Shown: in pieces, positions 1 through 8,451 of the stretch
Numbering within the stretch: the stretch's first letter is position 1
Layout: each line of letters begins with the position of its first letter
Source: a virus
Taxonomy: Duplodnaviria > Caudoviricetes
Length of the DNA: 29,894 nucleotides
Reading direction: 5' to 3' (one strand)
IMG/VR virus record: IMGVR_UViG_3300011971_000137
Location: 1-29,894 of that record
The notes under the pieces: generated by a model
Databases searched by the model: none
The model's input: only the letters and a program-made list of their open reading frames with translations
Told to the model about the DNA's origin: nothing
Position numbers and translations under genes: made by a program

Positions 1-402
1 CTAATACCCATCCTCCCCCAGGTTGTCATAAAACTGTAGAAGGTGAGTTGGTTGCAGTTTAGCAAGTTTATGGTGACCTAATGCTGGGAGGATCCTCGAC
101 TTAAGCATGTCTTTATACCGATGCAATGTTTTAGGTGCTAATTGTTTTTCTGCGTAGTCCTTAAGCCAGCGTTCTGTGAATTCTGCAAGGGTTATCTTGG
201 AACCGTCTAGATAGGTTCCATTTTCTACTTCCTGCTCGAACAGGGTGGCTTGTTTCTGAAGTTCTTTGTCGGCTTGCTTTAGAGTGAGGCCGGGATCTAT
301 GGAAATGGTCTTAGTCTCTGTTAACTTTTTACCTTGGCCATCATATCCACAGCTAACGGTTATTTGGTATGAATTTTCACCGCGTTTTTTGATTGATGCC
401 AT
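1..402 (-). CDS. int: Tyrosine integrase, N-terminal part (arm-binding and SAM-like core-binding region); truncated at 133 aa
   Basis: MASIKKRGENSYQITVSCGYD...TLAEFTERWLKDYAEKQLAPKTLHRY...RILPALG...LQPTHLLQFY is typical of Tn916/ICEBs1-like phage integrases. TAG at 1-3 comes before any catalytic domain. Confidence 0.85.
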   Translation of the reverse strand: MASIKKRGENSYQITVSCGYDGQGKKLTETKTISIDPGLTLKQADKELQKQATLFEQEVENGTYLDGSKITLAEFTERWLKDYAEKQLAPKTLHRYKDMLKSRILPALGHHKLAKLQPTHLLQFYDNLGEDGY

Positions 403-406
403 GGAC

Positions 407-1084
407 TTAAACCTCCGTATTTAGTTTCTGTTTTTCTAAATCGATAAGTGCATAAACATAAAGCGAAATGAATTCATTTAAAGATATTGTACAATACCTA
501 ATCTGAGTTTGATTTGCTTGTATATGTCCGAAATCGGAGGAATAAAGAGGAGAGTCTTTCAACCTATCGAGAAACTGAATATATTCACGCATGTCATTAT
601 CGTCTTCTTTTATAGTATCACCTGTATAAGTAATCGCTTTTAAAAGCTGGTTTAGCGCAGTTAAGGCTAACGTTCTATATTTTTCATTACCAGTGATTAT
701 TTGTGCAATTATTGATGAATAGTTTTCGTCAATTGATACCATCATGGCATTTAGCTCAAAGAGGTCTAATGATGAACTAAAGTTTTCGTATATCTTAGTA
801 AAATCATCGTAACGATTAAAAAATTCTGGGGCAAGTTTTCTCCTGAAATCATATTCCTGTCCATAACACTTGAACTCGCTTATCCCTAATAGATAGTCAG
901 CTGAGACACCGAAATAATCAGCAAATCTAATTATCAAGTCTGCGTCAGGAGTGCGATCTCCATTTTCGTAGTTACTAACAGACACGCGTCCAATATCTAG
1001 GGCCTCCGCTAATTGCAATTGAGTTAAACCTTTGGCCTCTCTAAGCTCCTTTAATCGTTTGTGTAAATTATTAATCTTAGACAT
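407..1084 (-). CDS. XRE-family HTH phage repressor (cI-like)
   Basis: N-terminal HTH (RLKELREAKGLTQLQLAEALDIGRVSVSNYENGDRTP...FGVSADYLLG); divergent from a cro-like gene; AGGGGG RBS upstream. Confidence 0.9.
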   Translation of the reverse strand: MSKINNLHKRLKELREAKGLTQLQLAEALDIGRVSVSNYENGDRTPDADLIIRFADYFGVSADYLLGISEFKCYGQEYDFRRKLAPEFFNRYDDFTKIYENFSSSLDLFELNAMMVSIDENYSSIIAQIITGNEKYRTLALTALNQLLKAITYTGDTIKEDDNDMREYIQFLDRLKDSPLYSSDFGHIQANQTQIRYCTISLNEFISLYVYALIDLEKQKLNTEV

Positions 1085-1145
1085 GGGCGAATCAACCCCT
1101 TTAATCTTTGTATGTATTCATATTAATACATATTTAATCAATGTG

Positions 1146-1245
1146 CAACATAGCTGTTGACAACTATGCATAATGCGTAGTAGAATCAAGTCAAATAAAT
1201 GTCGCAATTTGTGAAGTGTAATACTAACAAGTAGCATTATGCATA
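1146..1245. promoter_or_regulatory. Immunity switch: rightward sigma-A-like promoter and candidate operators
   Basis: TTGACA (1157-1162), 18 bp, TAGAAT (1181-1186); 12-bp inverted pair TATGCATAATGC (1165-1176) / GCATTATGCATA (1234-1245); CAACA-N4-TGTTG palindrome at 1146-1159. Confidence 0.5.
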
Positions 1246-1295
1246 TATTACAAACAAATTGTAGACAGATATTCTATAAGAAAGGGGGGATAATG

Positions 1296-1520
1296 ATGAA
1301 AATATTAAGCGTTAATTCGGATAAGCTTTGTGAACTTCGTATGAAACAAGGGGATACATTCACATCTTTATCCAAAAAAGCGGGCGTACATTACCTTGTC
1401 ATTTCGAGGCTTGAAAATGGAAAAAATATTACTAGGCCAGCAAATGCTGTTCGCATAGCCAACGCATTAGGAGTTCCGTTTAGTGAACTATTTGACATTA
1501 TCGATAAAAAGGTGGTGTAG
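1296..1520 (+). CDS. Cro-like XRE HTH regulator
   Basis: HTH (LRMKQGDTFTSLSKKAGV...ISRLENG...IANALGV). GGGGGGA RBS at 1284-1290 favours a start at 1293/1296 over 1239. Confidence 0.85.
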   Translation: MKILSVNSDKLCELRMKQGDTFTSLSKKAGVHYLVISRLENGKNITRPANAVRIANALGVPFSELFDIIDKKVV

Positions 1521-1523
1521 CTT

Positions 1524-1754
1524 ATGCCCAGAATGCGAACAATCACACAAGCGGTCCAGCAAATTAAACAGGATGACCCAGCAAGTTGTATTTCAGAGTG
1601 GTGGCTTCGTCAGCTCGTAAAGTCTGACAAACTTAAATGTCATCGCGCAGGCAATCGGTATCTAATTGACATGGATCTTCTGGAAGAGTACCTGCGAAAC
1701 CCACCAATCATTCAAGAAGTTAAGCAATTTGGCGTGTTGCGAAAAATAACATAG
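1524..1754 (+). CDS. Excisionase-like winged-HTH DNA-binding protein
   Basis: LRQLVKSDKLKCHRAGNRYLIDMDLLEEYL matches the HTH_17/Xis pattern; follows cro. Confidence 0.75.
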   Translation: MPRMRTITQAVQQIKQDDPASCISEWWLRQLVKSDKLKCHRAGNRYLIDMDLLEEYLRNPPIIQEVKQFGVLRKIT

Positions 1755-1819
1755 TTTAACAACAATGGATGATTAAGTTAACCGATCAGATGTTTTGAAA
1801 AGAGTTTTAAGGAGGATTT

Positions 1820-2461
1820 ATGAACGATTTACAAACCCAATCGATAACAAAGGCTAAGCAATTGAGGGAACAACTCGGAGGAACAATTTTTACTTTTCCA
1901 ATTGAGGAGGACAACCCTTTTTCTCCCTATGCCATTGTTATGTATGCGGGGGATCAATATTTCGCTTATCCCGATGCTACCGATATATCAATGGCAGCCT
2001 CAGGCGTACTCATCCTCCTAGAAGAGATGAAGAAAAGTGGAATGGACGCAGATTACAAAAGAAACGTCCGCTTGATTTCTCATCAAGCCCAAATGGATGC
2101 TCCCAGTACTACAATGCGGAGGCTGAAAAAAGGAAACATCAGTAAACCTTTTTTTAGTGGAGATGATTATAAGCCCGCGAGTGAGGAAGTTGAAGATCAG
2201 ATATCGGCGCGCGGCCTACTCAAGATAAGCTATATCGAAATGGTTGATGAAAAGAATCCAAAGGCAAGTCAATTCATGGAAGAGTATTACAGGTTATTGG
2301 CAACGCGCAAATACGGTAAAACTGCTGCCGCAATTAGGCAAGAAGTTCGCAAGATGGGCAAAGATCAAGCTGCCAGGTGGCTGGAGCAAACATTTAGTAA
2401 ATACACTTCTGACAGAGAGGTTATGGATATTCTTGATAGTTTAGGAGGAATAAAACCATGA
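1820..2461 (+). CDS. Hypothetical phage protein (213 aa)
   Basis: Long ORF with AAGGAGG RBS; stop overlaps the next ATG; no family recognised. Confidence 0.75.
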   Translation: MNDLQTQSITKAKQLREQLGGTIFTFPIEEDNPFSPYAIVMYAGDQYFAYPDATDISMAASGVLILLEEMKKSGMDADYKRNVRLISHQAQMDAPSTTMRRLKKGNISKPFFSGDDYKPASEEVEDQISARGLLKISYIEMVDEKNPKASQFMEEYYRLLATRKYGKTAAAIRQEVRKMGKDQAARWLEQTFSKYTSDREVMDILDSLGGIKP

Positions 2462-3375
2462 GCAATTTGATTCCGGTCGAACAAAAGTTAGTTAATTTTA
2501 ATGGCGCTGAGATTATGGCGATCAAATGCAATGATGGAAAGATTTTCGCTGGTATCCGTTGGGTGTGTAATGGGCTTGGATTAAGTAAGGGCCAGATGCA
2601 GGCTGAAAGAAAAAGAATACAGGAAGATATCGTGCTTTCTAAAGGGGAACGAAAAATCGTTCTACCTACTACAGGCGGAAACAAAGAAGTCCTTTGTTTA
2701 GAACTAGACTTCCTTCCTCTTTGGCTGGCCAAGATCAATGCTAACATAATCGATAATCCAGAAGTCCAAGAGCGTTTAGTAGATTATCAATTAAACGCAA
2801 AAGACGTGCTTGCAGAGGCATTTTTAGGAAACAAGAAGGCGAGTCGCGTAAATGATCGTCTAGTTGAATTAAAGTTGCAAGAACTTGAGTCCAAAAACAA
2901 AAATGCCCAGGCTCGTTTAATGAATGCTCAAGTCCGGCAATCTCGCTTTATTCTTGAAGAGGCTGACAAACGCAAATCAAACCTTTCTCCAGAGTCCTAT
3001 GAGCTTCTTCAGATCAACGGCTTTGAGGCAGTCGTAGGAAAGAACGTACTTCCAAGACCCAAGCTAGCAACGGAACTTTACGATTTAGGTACAATGGCCG
3101 AGATACTAGGAATTAACTCAGGTAGCAAACTGCCACACGCTCAGGCTGTTGGGGCAATCGTGTCCAAGCTCGACATAAACGAGAGCGAGCGACTGATAAC
3201 AGCCTATGACCGCAACGGGCATCAAGGGAGTACTTATCAATACACTCAGAGTGTTTTAGACAAGGCCAGGGAGTGGCTTTTGACTAATGGGAACCCCGCT
3301 GAAATTGTCTACACAGACAAAGTGGGAAAGACCAAGACCTACAAGGTAACGTATGGTGACGGTTTAGCCAGATAA
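2458..3375 (+). CDS. Phage antirepressor (P22 Ant N-terminal domain)
   Basis: VNFNGAEIMAIK...GIRWVCNGLGL...LCLELDFLPLWLAKI...LVDYQL is the P22_AR_N pattern; AGGAGG RBS. Confidence 0.85.
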   Translation: MSNLIPVEQKLVNFNGAEIMAIKCNDGKIFAGIRWVCNGLGLSKGQMQAERKRIQEDIVLSKGERKIVLPTTGGNKEVLCLELDFLPLWLAKINANIIDNPEVQERLVDYQLNAKDVLAEAFLGNKKASRVNDRLVELKLQELESKNKNAQARLMNAQVRQSRFILEEADKRKSNLSPESYELLQINGFEAVVGKNVLPRPKLATELYDLGTMAEILGINSGSKLPHAQAVGAIVSKLDINESERLITAYDRNGHQGSTYQYTQSVLDKAREWLLTNGNPAEIVYTDKVGKTKTYKVTYGDGLAR

Positions 3376-3396
3376 ATTTAGAGGGGGATATTAAAG

Positions 3397-3894
3397 ATGA
3401 AAAAAGAGATAGTGATGCATGAAGTTTGTAATCATCAAGAGTTAATGGCGTTAAAGGGTTGCACGATAACAAGCGTTTTAGGAGTGGATGAAAACGTGGA
3501 CGCTGGTGGGGTTCTCCTTGAGTGCAAAGATGAGAATGGCAACGAAGTAAGTCTTTGCATCTCGGAAAACGGACAGTGGCACTTTTATGACGCCAAAATG
3601 ATGAATATCACAGTAGAACAATTTGGAGAACTTGCAATGCTCGCTGACTGCTCGGATATCGATTCTGTTCACTTCAATGGGATGATTGGTTCTTTGACTG
3701 AAATCATCATAAAAGCAATAGGACCCAACTCTGCAGATCGAGTCTTAACAATACTCAATGATATTTTTCCAATGTTAGAAGTTAAAGAAAGCGAATGGAA
3801 TTTCGAAGATGTACTCTATCCAATGTATTGTTGTAGCGATCCAAATTGTTACATTATTGTCACAGTAGCTGTAATGCCAATTGGAGATATGTAA
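3397..3894 (+). CDS. Hypothetical phage protein (acidic, 165 aa)
   Basis: ORF with GAGGGGG RBS in the early operon. Confidence 0.7.
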   Translation: MKKEIVMHEVCNHQELMALKGCTITSVLGVDENVDAGGVLLECKDENGNEVSLCISENGQWHFYDAKMMNITVEQFGELAMLADCSDIDSVHFNGMIGSLTEIIIKAIGPNSADRVLTILNDIFPMLEVKESEWNFEDVLYPMYCCSDPNCYIIVTVAVMPIGDM

Positions 3895-3978
3895 ATTCGC
3901 AAGCGCTTGCCAATTTGGTCAACTATTCTAGTACTAGTTATGAACAACGAGTAAATATTGAAAGACGGGGGAAATGAA

Positions 3979-4614
3979 ATGAGCGTTATGGGTAAAGAAA
4001 AAAGTCCGTCGGTGTTAGCGCACCGAGCGGACCACAAAGAAACAACTTTCAACAGAAGTATACCACAAGTTAGTCACACCGAAAAGATCCAATCTTTAGA
4101 ACTTGAAGAGTTAAGAAGGAAATATGCTCATCAACTTCAGCGGAATAATAGCTTATCTATCGACACATTAGAGGGCCACCTTGATCAGACAAGGGTAGTC
4201 AACAGCCGTTTCCTCATCAACCAGGGCATTGAGCCTACGACAGAGAATCTAAAAAAACTCCAAGAGGAAACAAAAGCAGGGATATTAGAGCGGGAGAGGA
4301 CCCATCCGCTCAAGCCTATTGAACGAGTATCTGTCAAAGTTGCCAATCAAGGCGAGCTGATCACCGCATTAACTGAGGAAGAAGTATTGTGGGCACGTGA
4401 ATTTGACGAAATTCTAAAAATTCTCGGTCAAGCTCGTTGGCCTTGGAAACACATAAAGACCATCAAACGGTTATTTGATGAAAAGAATACCGGTAATAGC
4501 GGTACTCTTTGGGGTTCGATTAACGTTTATGAATTGGGGCGTATCCATGGCATAAGGCAAGAGCGTGAGCGTCGAAAAAAGAGGCAAGCGGTTAACTATA
4601 AGAATGCAATATAA
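3979..4614 (+). CDS. Hypothetical phage protein
   Basis: ORF 3958-4614; GGGGG RBS favours the ATG at 3979; basic C-terminus (YELGRIHGIRQERERRKK). Confidence 0.7.
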   Translation: MSVMGKEKSPSVLAHRADHKETTFNRSIPQVSHTEKIQSLELEELRRKYAHQLQRNNSLSIDTLEGHLDQTRVVNSRFLINQGIEPTTENLKKLQEETKAGILERERTHPLKPIERVSVKVANQGELITALTEEEVLWAREFDEILKILGQARWPWKHIKTIKRLFDEKNTGNSGTLWGSINVYELGRIHGIRQERERRKKRQAVNYKNAI

Positions 4615-4958
4615 TCCAATGCAAGCAAATGATATCAAAGTATTCATCTGCTTGCAAATTACCCTGTATTCGTAAATTTTAATTAGATTTGTGTCCTTCT
4701 TAACAAAGTTTGTCGAAAGAAAATAATGTTAACTATTAATCTACGCGATAAAGGCGGTTCCGATCGCCCTCCACATGAAACGAAGGTGATTAGATGGCAA
4801 GGCCACATAAAGACGGCATGGATTACTTCCCACACGACAGTGATGCCGTGAACGATGAGAAGATCGAAGCGCTCAGAGTTTTGTATGGAAATGACGGTTA
4901 TGCTTTTTACTTTATCCTCCTCGAAAGGATCTACAGAACGGCTGATTTCGAGCTAGAC

Positions 4959-5215
4959 GTTTCTGACGCAGAAACTACACAGATACTAAGCAGAAAGGTA
5001 GCAGTAACTGAACAGCAATTCGGAATAATGCTAGAAACTGCATTGAAGCGAAAGTGTTTTGATCGAGAAGCGTATGAGGAAAGAGGAGTATTGACCAGCC
5101 CTGGCATCAAGAAAAGGGCTTCCGTAGTTCTTGAAAAGCGTGAAAACATGCGGTCTAAGTACCAACCGAAGCGGGAAATAGTTTCTGACGCAGAAACTAC
5201 ACAGAAACTAAGCAG
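4959..5215 (+). repeat. Two 35-bp direct repeats (4959-4993, 5181-5215), candidate origin iterons
   Basis: GTTTCTGACGCAGAAACTACACAGA(T/A)ACTAAGCAG, one mismatch; each contains the palindrome GTTTCTG-ACG-CAGAAAC. Confidence 0.8.
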
Positions 5216-5235
5216 TAAAGCGACAGAATCGCCAC

Positions 5236-5300
5236 AAAGTAAAGTAAAGGAAAGTAAAGTAAAGTAAAGTAAAGGAAAGTAAAGAAGAGGAAAGTAAAGA
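5236..5300 (+). repeat. AAAG(T/G/A) pentamer tandem repeat, 13 units including degenerate ones
   Basis: aaagt aaagt aaagg aaagt aaagt aaagt aaagt aaagg aaagt aaaga agagg aaagt aaaga. Confidence 0.95.
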
Positions 5301-5536
5301 AGTAATTCCGCCGGATAGATTTGAGGAATTTTGGAGCCTATATCCTAAAAAGATAGGCAAGACCGCAGCACTTAAAAACTGGAAAACCCTTATTAAAAAC
5401 AGGACAAGCCCTGATGATTTAATCAAAGCATCTAAAAACTACGCAATAGCAATGAGTGGAAAAGATGCTCAGTTCATTTTGCAGGGGTCAACTTTCCTTG
5501 GACCGCAGAAACGCTTTGAAGATTATGTGAAAGGAG

Positions 5537-6319
5537 TTGGCAACAGTGGATTCACTCAAAAAACTACTAGCTCGATTGCAAGCGGAGAGGCAGAAACAGA
5601 TCCAGAATGGCCAATCTCAAACTCTTCCTCACGTTGAATGCGAAATTTGCAATGACACTGAGCTGGAAGTCGTGTGGGATGAAGAGTCAAACGATTGGTT
5701 AGCCAAGGCTTGTAAATGCAAAGAGCAAAAGTCGATCAATCGCATGTTCAAGAATTCTGGGATAGATCCAGAGCAAAGAGCCTACACTCTGAAAGATTAC
5801 TGCATTACACCTGAGAACGAGAATTTATTCGTGACGGCCAACGAATACATTGCTAAGCTGCCTGAGATATACAGCCAAAGTGGATACAACAAAGGCCTTG
5901 CACTCATGGGGACTGTTGGAACAGGAAAGACCATGCTTGCAACTATCATCGCTAATGAATTCATGGCCCACAGAATACCGGTAGCCTTTGTTATTACGGC
6001 GGATCTCATGGACGAGCTTAGGCAATCCCAATTCGGAGAAGCAAGGGACTTGGAAGATAGGATCAAGAGACTAGTAACTACGCCAGTTGTATTCTTTGAC
6101 GATATTGGCAAGGAAAAAGCAACAGAATGGGTGCAAAATCAATATTTTAGGATAGTCGATGGTCGTTATCGGAGTAAGTTAACCACTATTTTCACAACTA
6201 ACCTGAGTTTTAGGGAACTAGGGAATAGGTTGGGGGACGCTGTAGTGTCGAGGCTGTACGAAATGACCAAGGATAGGCAAGTAGTCGTGAAGGCGAAGGA
6301 CTATAGGAAATTTGGATAA
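5537..6319 (+). CDS. DnaC/IstB-like AAA+ helicase loader
   Basis: CEICND...CKC zinc motif, Walker A GTVGTGKT, Walker B VVFFDDIG, TTNL, SRL; TTG start after AAGGAG. Confidence 0.92.
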   Translation: MATVDSLKKLLARLQAERQKQIQNGQSQTLPHVECEICNDTELEVVWDEESNDWLAKACKCKEQKSINRMFKNSGIDPEQRAYTLKDYCITPENENLFVTANEYIAKLPEIYSQSGYNKGLALMGTVGTGKTMLATIIANEFMAHRIPVAFVITADLMDELRQSQFGEARDLEDRIKRLVTTPVVFFDDIGKEKATEWVQNQYFRIVDGRYRSKLTTIFTTNLSFRELGNRLGDAVVSRLYEMTKDRQVVVKAKDYRKFG

Positions 6320-6365
6320 GCATCAGAGGAAACAGACGAGTTTTTACTTCTAGGAGGGGAAAGTT

Positions 6366-6620
6366 GTGACGAGGAATGAATTCGAGGAGTTTTACGACTA
6401 TATAACTAGATTAGAGCACGGGACAACATACCGCGCCACAAAGGAATTTGTTTGGCAAACGCTGAAGGATCTTCCTATCGAAAAGGTCATGATGCGCGCG
6501 AAGGATGTTTATAAATATCTCGAACATTCACCATCCTTGATTAACCCAAAAGTTTTCAGAGGAGAATTACCCAATCCTGGACTATATAGAAACTTCAATA
6601 ATTGTGATCTGCCGTGTTAG
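6366..6620 (+). CDS. Small phage protein, possibly G39P-like helicase loader/inhibitor
   Basis: MTRNEF...W..LKDLP.E.V...P pattern loosely resembles SPP1 G39P; AGGAGG RBS; follows DnaC. Confidence 0.55.
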   Translation: MTRNEFEEFYDYITRLEHGTTYRATKEFVWQTLKDLPIEKVMMRAKDVYKYLEHSPSLINPKVFRGELPNPGLYRNFNNCDLPC

Positions 6621-6728
6621 GACGATGAGCATAGGACTGAGAAAAACCCGTAATGGAGGAAATGGAGTGATCCGATCGGGTGACTGTATGCATTGTATGG
6701 AATGCGGGTGGATGAAGGAGGAAGATAC

Positions 6729-7178
6729 ATGGCGTTAATATCAAATCAACTAATCAGAAAGATAGAGTCTGAGCTATACGATTATCCCTTAAACCTGAAG
6801 AAGTTAAACGAGCAGCGTGACGATATCATGAATGGATCTCACTATCCTGACGTTAGTGTCTCAGGCGGGGAGATGGGGAACACAACACAAAGTAAGGGAT
6901 TAAGAATGGCACAGCTAGAGAAGGGATGGACGGATCTTATAACGGAATCCCTAGCGACTATGCCGATGCAATATAGTTTGCTGATTAGGCATAAGTATTT
7001 TAAGCATAAGGATAACATGTCAACGGCAGAAGCGTTATTTGTAAGCAGGACAATATACTTTGCATGGAAAGAAAGTGCCTTGATGTGTCTTGCATTCCTA
7101 GCTACACAAAGGGGATTGATTGAGACAACGCCTAAACAGGGAGTTAGTAAAAAGTCCGAACTCTTTGGCAAGATATAG
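6729..7178 (+). CDS. RinA/ArpU-family late transcriptional activator
   Basis: RKIESELYDYP...NTTQSKGLRMA...LIRHKYF...AEALFVSRTIYF (C-terminal HTH); last early gene before packaging; AAGGAGGA RBS. Confidence 0.8.
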   Translation: MALISNQLIRKIESELYDYPLNLKKLNEQRDDIMNGSHYPDVSVSGGEMGNTTQSKGLRMAQLEKGWTDLITESLATMPMQYSLLIRHKYFKHKDNMSTAEALFVSRTIYFAWKESALMCLAFLATQRGLIETTPKQGVSKKSELFGKI

Positions 7179-7179
7179 G

Positions 7180-7188
7180 TGATATACT
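7180..7188 (+). promoter_or_regulatory. Extended -10 element, candidate activator-dependent late promoter
   Basis: TGaTATACT immediately after the RinA-like gene, with no consensus -35. Confidence 0.4.
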
Positions 7189-7205
7189 AGTAAGGTAGTA
7201 AATAC

Positions 7206-7236
7206 AAAGACGTGCCGAGAGGTGCGTCTTTTCTTA
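7206..7236 (+). terminator. Intrinsic terminator
   Basis: AAAGACGTGCC-GAGA-GGTGCGTCTTT followed by a T-rich run. Confidence 0.6.
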
Positions 7237-7263
7237 TTGTTCATTTATCTAGGAGGTGGCACG

Positions 7264-7416
7264 ATGTCTGAGCCAAGATGTAAACACTCTGACGCTAAGA
7301 ATACAAAGCAAAAAGAAACGACTAAGCCACCTCCAAAGATTAAGTATGAGGATACAGAGAAGTTCAGGGCGCTGGATCGGATGATGCGGAGTAATCGAGG
7401 GGTGAGGTTTGGATAA
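7264..7416 (+). CDS. Small basic hypothetical protein (50 aa)
   Basis: AGGAGG RBS before ATG 7264; stop overlaps the HNH start. Confidence 0.6.
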   Translation: MSEPRCKHSDAKNTKQKETTKPPPKIKYEDTEKFRALDRMMRSNRGVRFG

Positions 7417-7784
7417 TGGCACTAAGAGCATTCCGGCCATGCAAGCAAGCAGGATGCATACAACTAACTAGGGATGCGAACGGATACTGTACTGATCATA
7501 TACATGCAGCACAGGAGACACACTCGGAGTACAAGCGCAACAGGACAGACAAGAGAGAGCAAGCGTTCTATCACTCGGGTGCATGGATAAAGATTAGAGC
7601 AATGGTAATGAGCAGAGACCATGGCCTGTGCCAACAGTGCATGGTGGATGGAAGGGTGACGCTTGCTGATGTAGTTCATCATCGCGTAGAGATAAAGGCT
7701 AACTGGTTGCTTAGGTTAGTGCTCAGCAACCTTGTGCCATTGTGTAATGGGTGTCATCAACGTGTTCATAGGGGAAAGGGTTAA
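7416..7784 (+). CDS. Phage HNH endonuclease (terminase-associated)
   Basis: FYHSGAW...RDHGLCQQC...VHH...NLVPLCNGCHQRVH; upstream of terS. Confidence 0.92.
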   Translation: MALRAFRPCKQAGCIQLTRDANGYCTDHIHAAQETHSEYKRNRTDKREQAFYHSGAWIKIRAMVMSRDHGLCQQCMVDGRVTLADVVHHRVEIKANWLLRLVLSNLVPLCNGCHQRVHRGKG

Positions 7785-7870
7785 CAACCCCCCACCCTTT
7801 GAATTCTACGACGAAATCAAGCTGGGTCGGTGCCACCCTCAGCGTGTGAAAAAATCCGTTTTTGAAAGTT
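7785..7870. other. Likely cos/packaging region
   Basis: Non-coding gap between HNH and terS with a C-run (CCCCCCACCC), GC-rich CGGTGCCACCCTC and A/T tracts. Position is typical of HNH-associated cos phages; exact cut site not determinable. Confidence 0.35.
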
Positions 7871-7890
7871 TTGGGAAAGGAGTGGTGGCC

Positions 7891-8451
7891 GTGGGCGGTA
7901 GAAATGGACAACCAACTAGTTTGATTTTAGCAAAAGGACGCAGCCACCACTTAACCAAAGCGGTGATTGAACAGAGAAAAGCGGCTGAGATAAAAACAGG
8001 TACCCAATCATTAAAGTGTCCTGATTACGTCAAGAATGATGTCAACGCATTCAAGCGTTGGAAGGAAATCATCAAGATTTATAAAGATGTTGACTTTGTT
8101 TCATCTGGGGATATCGGGATGTTGGCACGTTATTGCATGACCCATGCTGAGTATATGGAATTGCTAAAGCGAAAGAAAAGGATCAATAGTATAAGTGAAG
8201 ATCCCGACGAAGTAGAGGATTATATACAAGGCGAGGAACGCTTTGATAGCAGGGTTCAAAAACAATTGCTCGACATGATTTCAACAAATGCAATCTTAAG
8301 AATTGAAACAGCAATCAACAAAAAGATGGATCTCCTAATAAAAATGGAAGATCGATCTTTTCTTAATCCTCTGGCAAAGGTTAAAAACATCCCGAAGAAG
8401 GAGCCTGAGAAAGCTAATCCCTTGGCAGATAGAGGGTTTGGTGATGTGTAG
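7891..8451 (+). CDS. terS: Terminase small subunit (P27-like)
   Basis: GTG 7891 after AAGGAG: MGGRNGQP...HLTKAVIEQRK...CPDYV...D..MLARYC...FLNPLAK; directly before terL. Confidence 0.85.
   Translation: MGGRNGQPTSLILAKGRSHHLTKAVIEQRKAAEIKTGTQSLKCPDYVKNDVNAFKRWKEIIKIYKDVDFVSSGDIGMLARYCMTHAEYMELLKRKKRINSISEDPDEVEDYIQGEERFDSRVQKQLLDMISTNAILRIETAINKKMDLLIKMEDRSFLNPLAKVKNIPKKEPEKANPLADRGFGDV

Larger units (their letters stand above)
4794..5637 (+). pseudogene. Replication initiator / replisome organiser (DUF4373-like N-terminus), split by a frameshift in a pentamer tract
   Basis: 4794-5267 gives MARPHKDGMDYFPHD...DEKIEALRVLYGNDGYAFYFILLERIY. Another frame from about 5263 to 5637 gives FEEFWSLYPKKIGKTAALKNWK...FILQGSTFLGPQKRFEDY, the usual C-terminal domain. 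Directly upstream of DnaC. Confidence 0.85.

Noticed and set aside
1163-1190. CATAATGCGT, the reverse complement of the array motif ACGCATTATG, in the immunity region
   Set aside because: The second arm (CTTGATTCTAC) and core (TACGCA) do not fit. It lies within a promoter spacer and is better explained as an operator half of the 12-bp inverted pair.
5452-5637. 61-aa ORF as an independent gene
   Set aside because: It is the tail of the frameshifted initiator; the frame is open from about 5263 and the ATG lacks an RBS.
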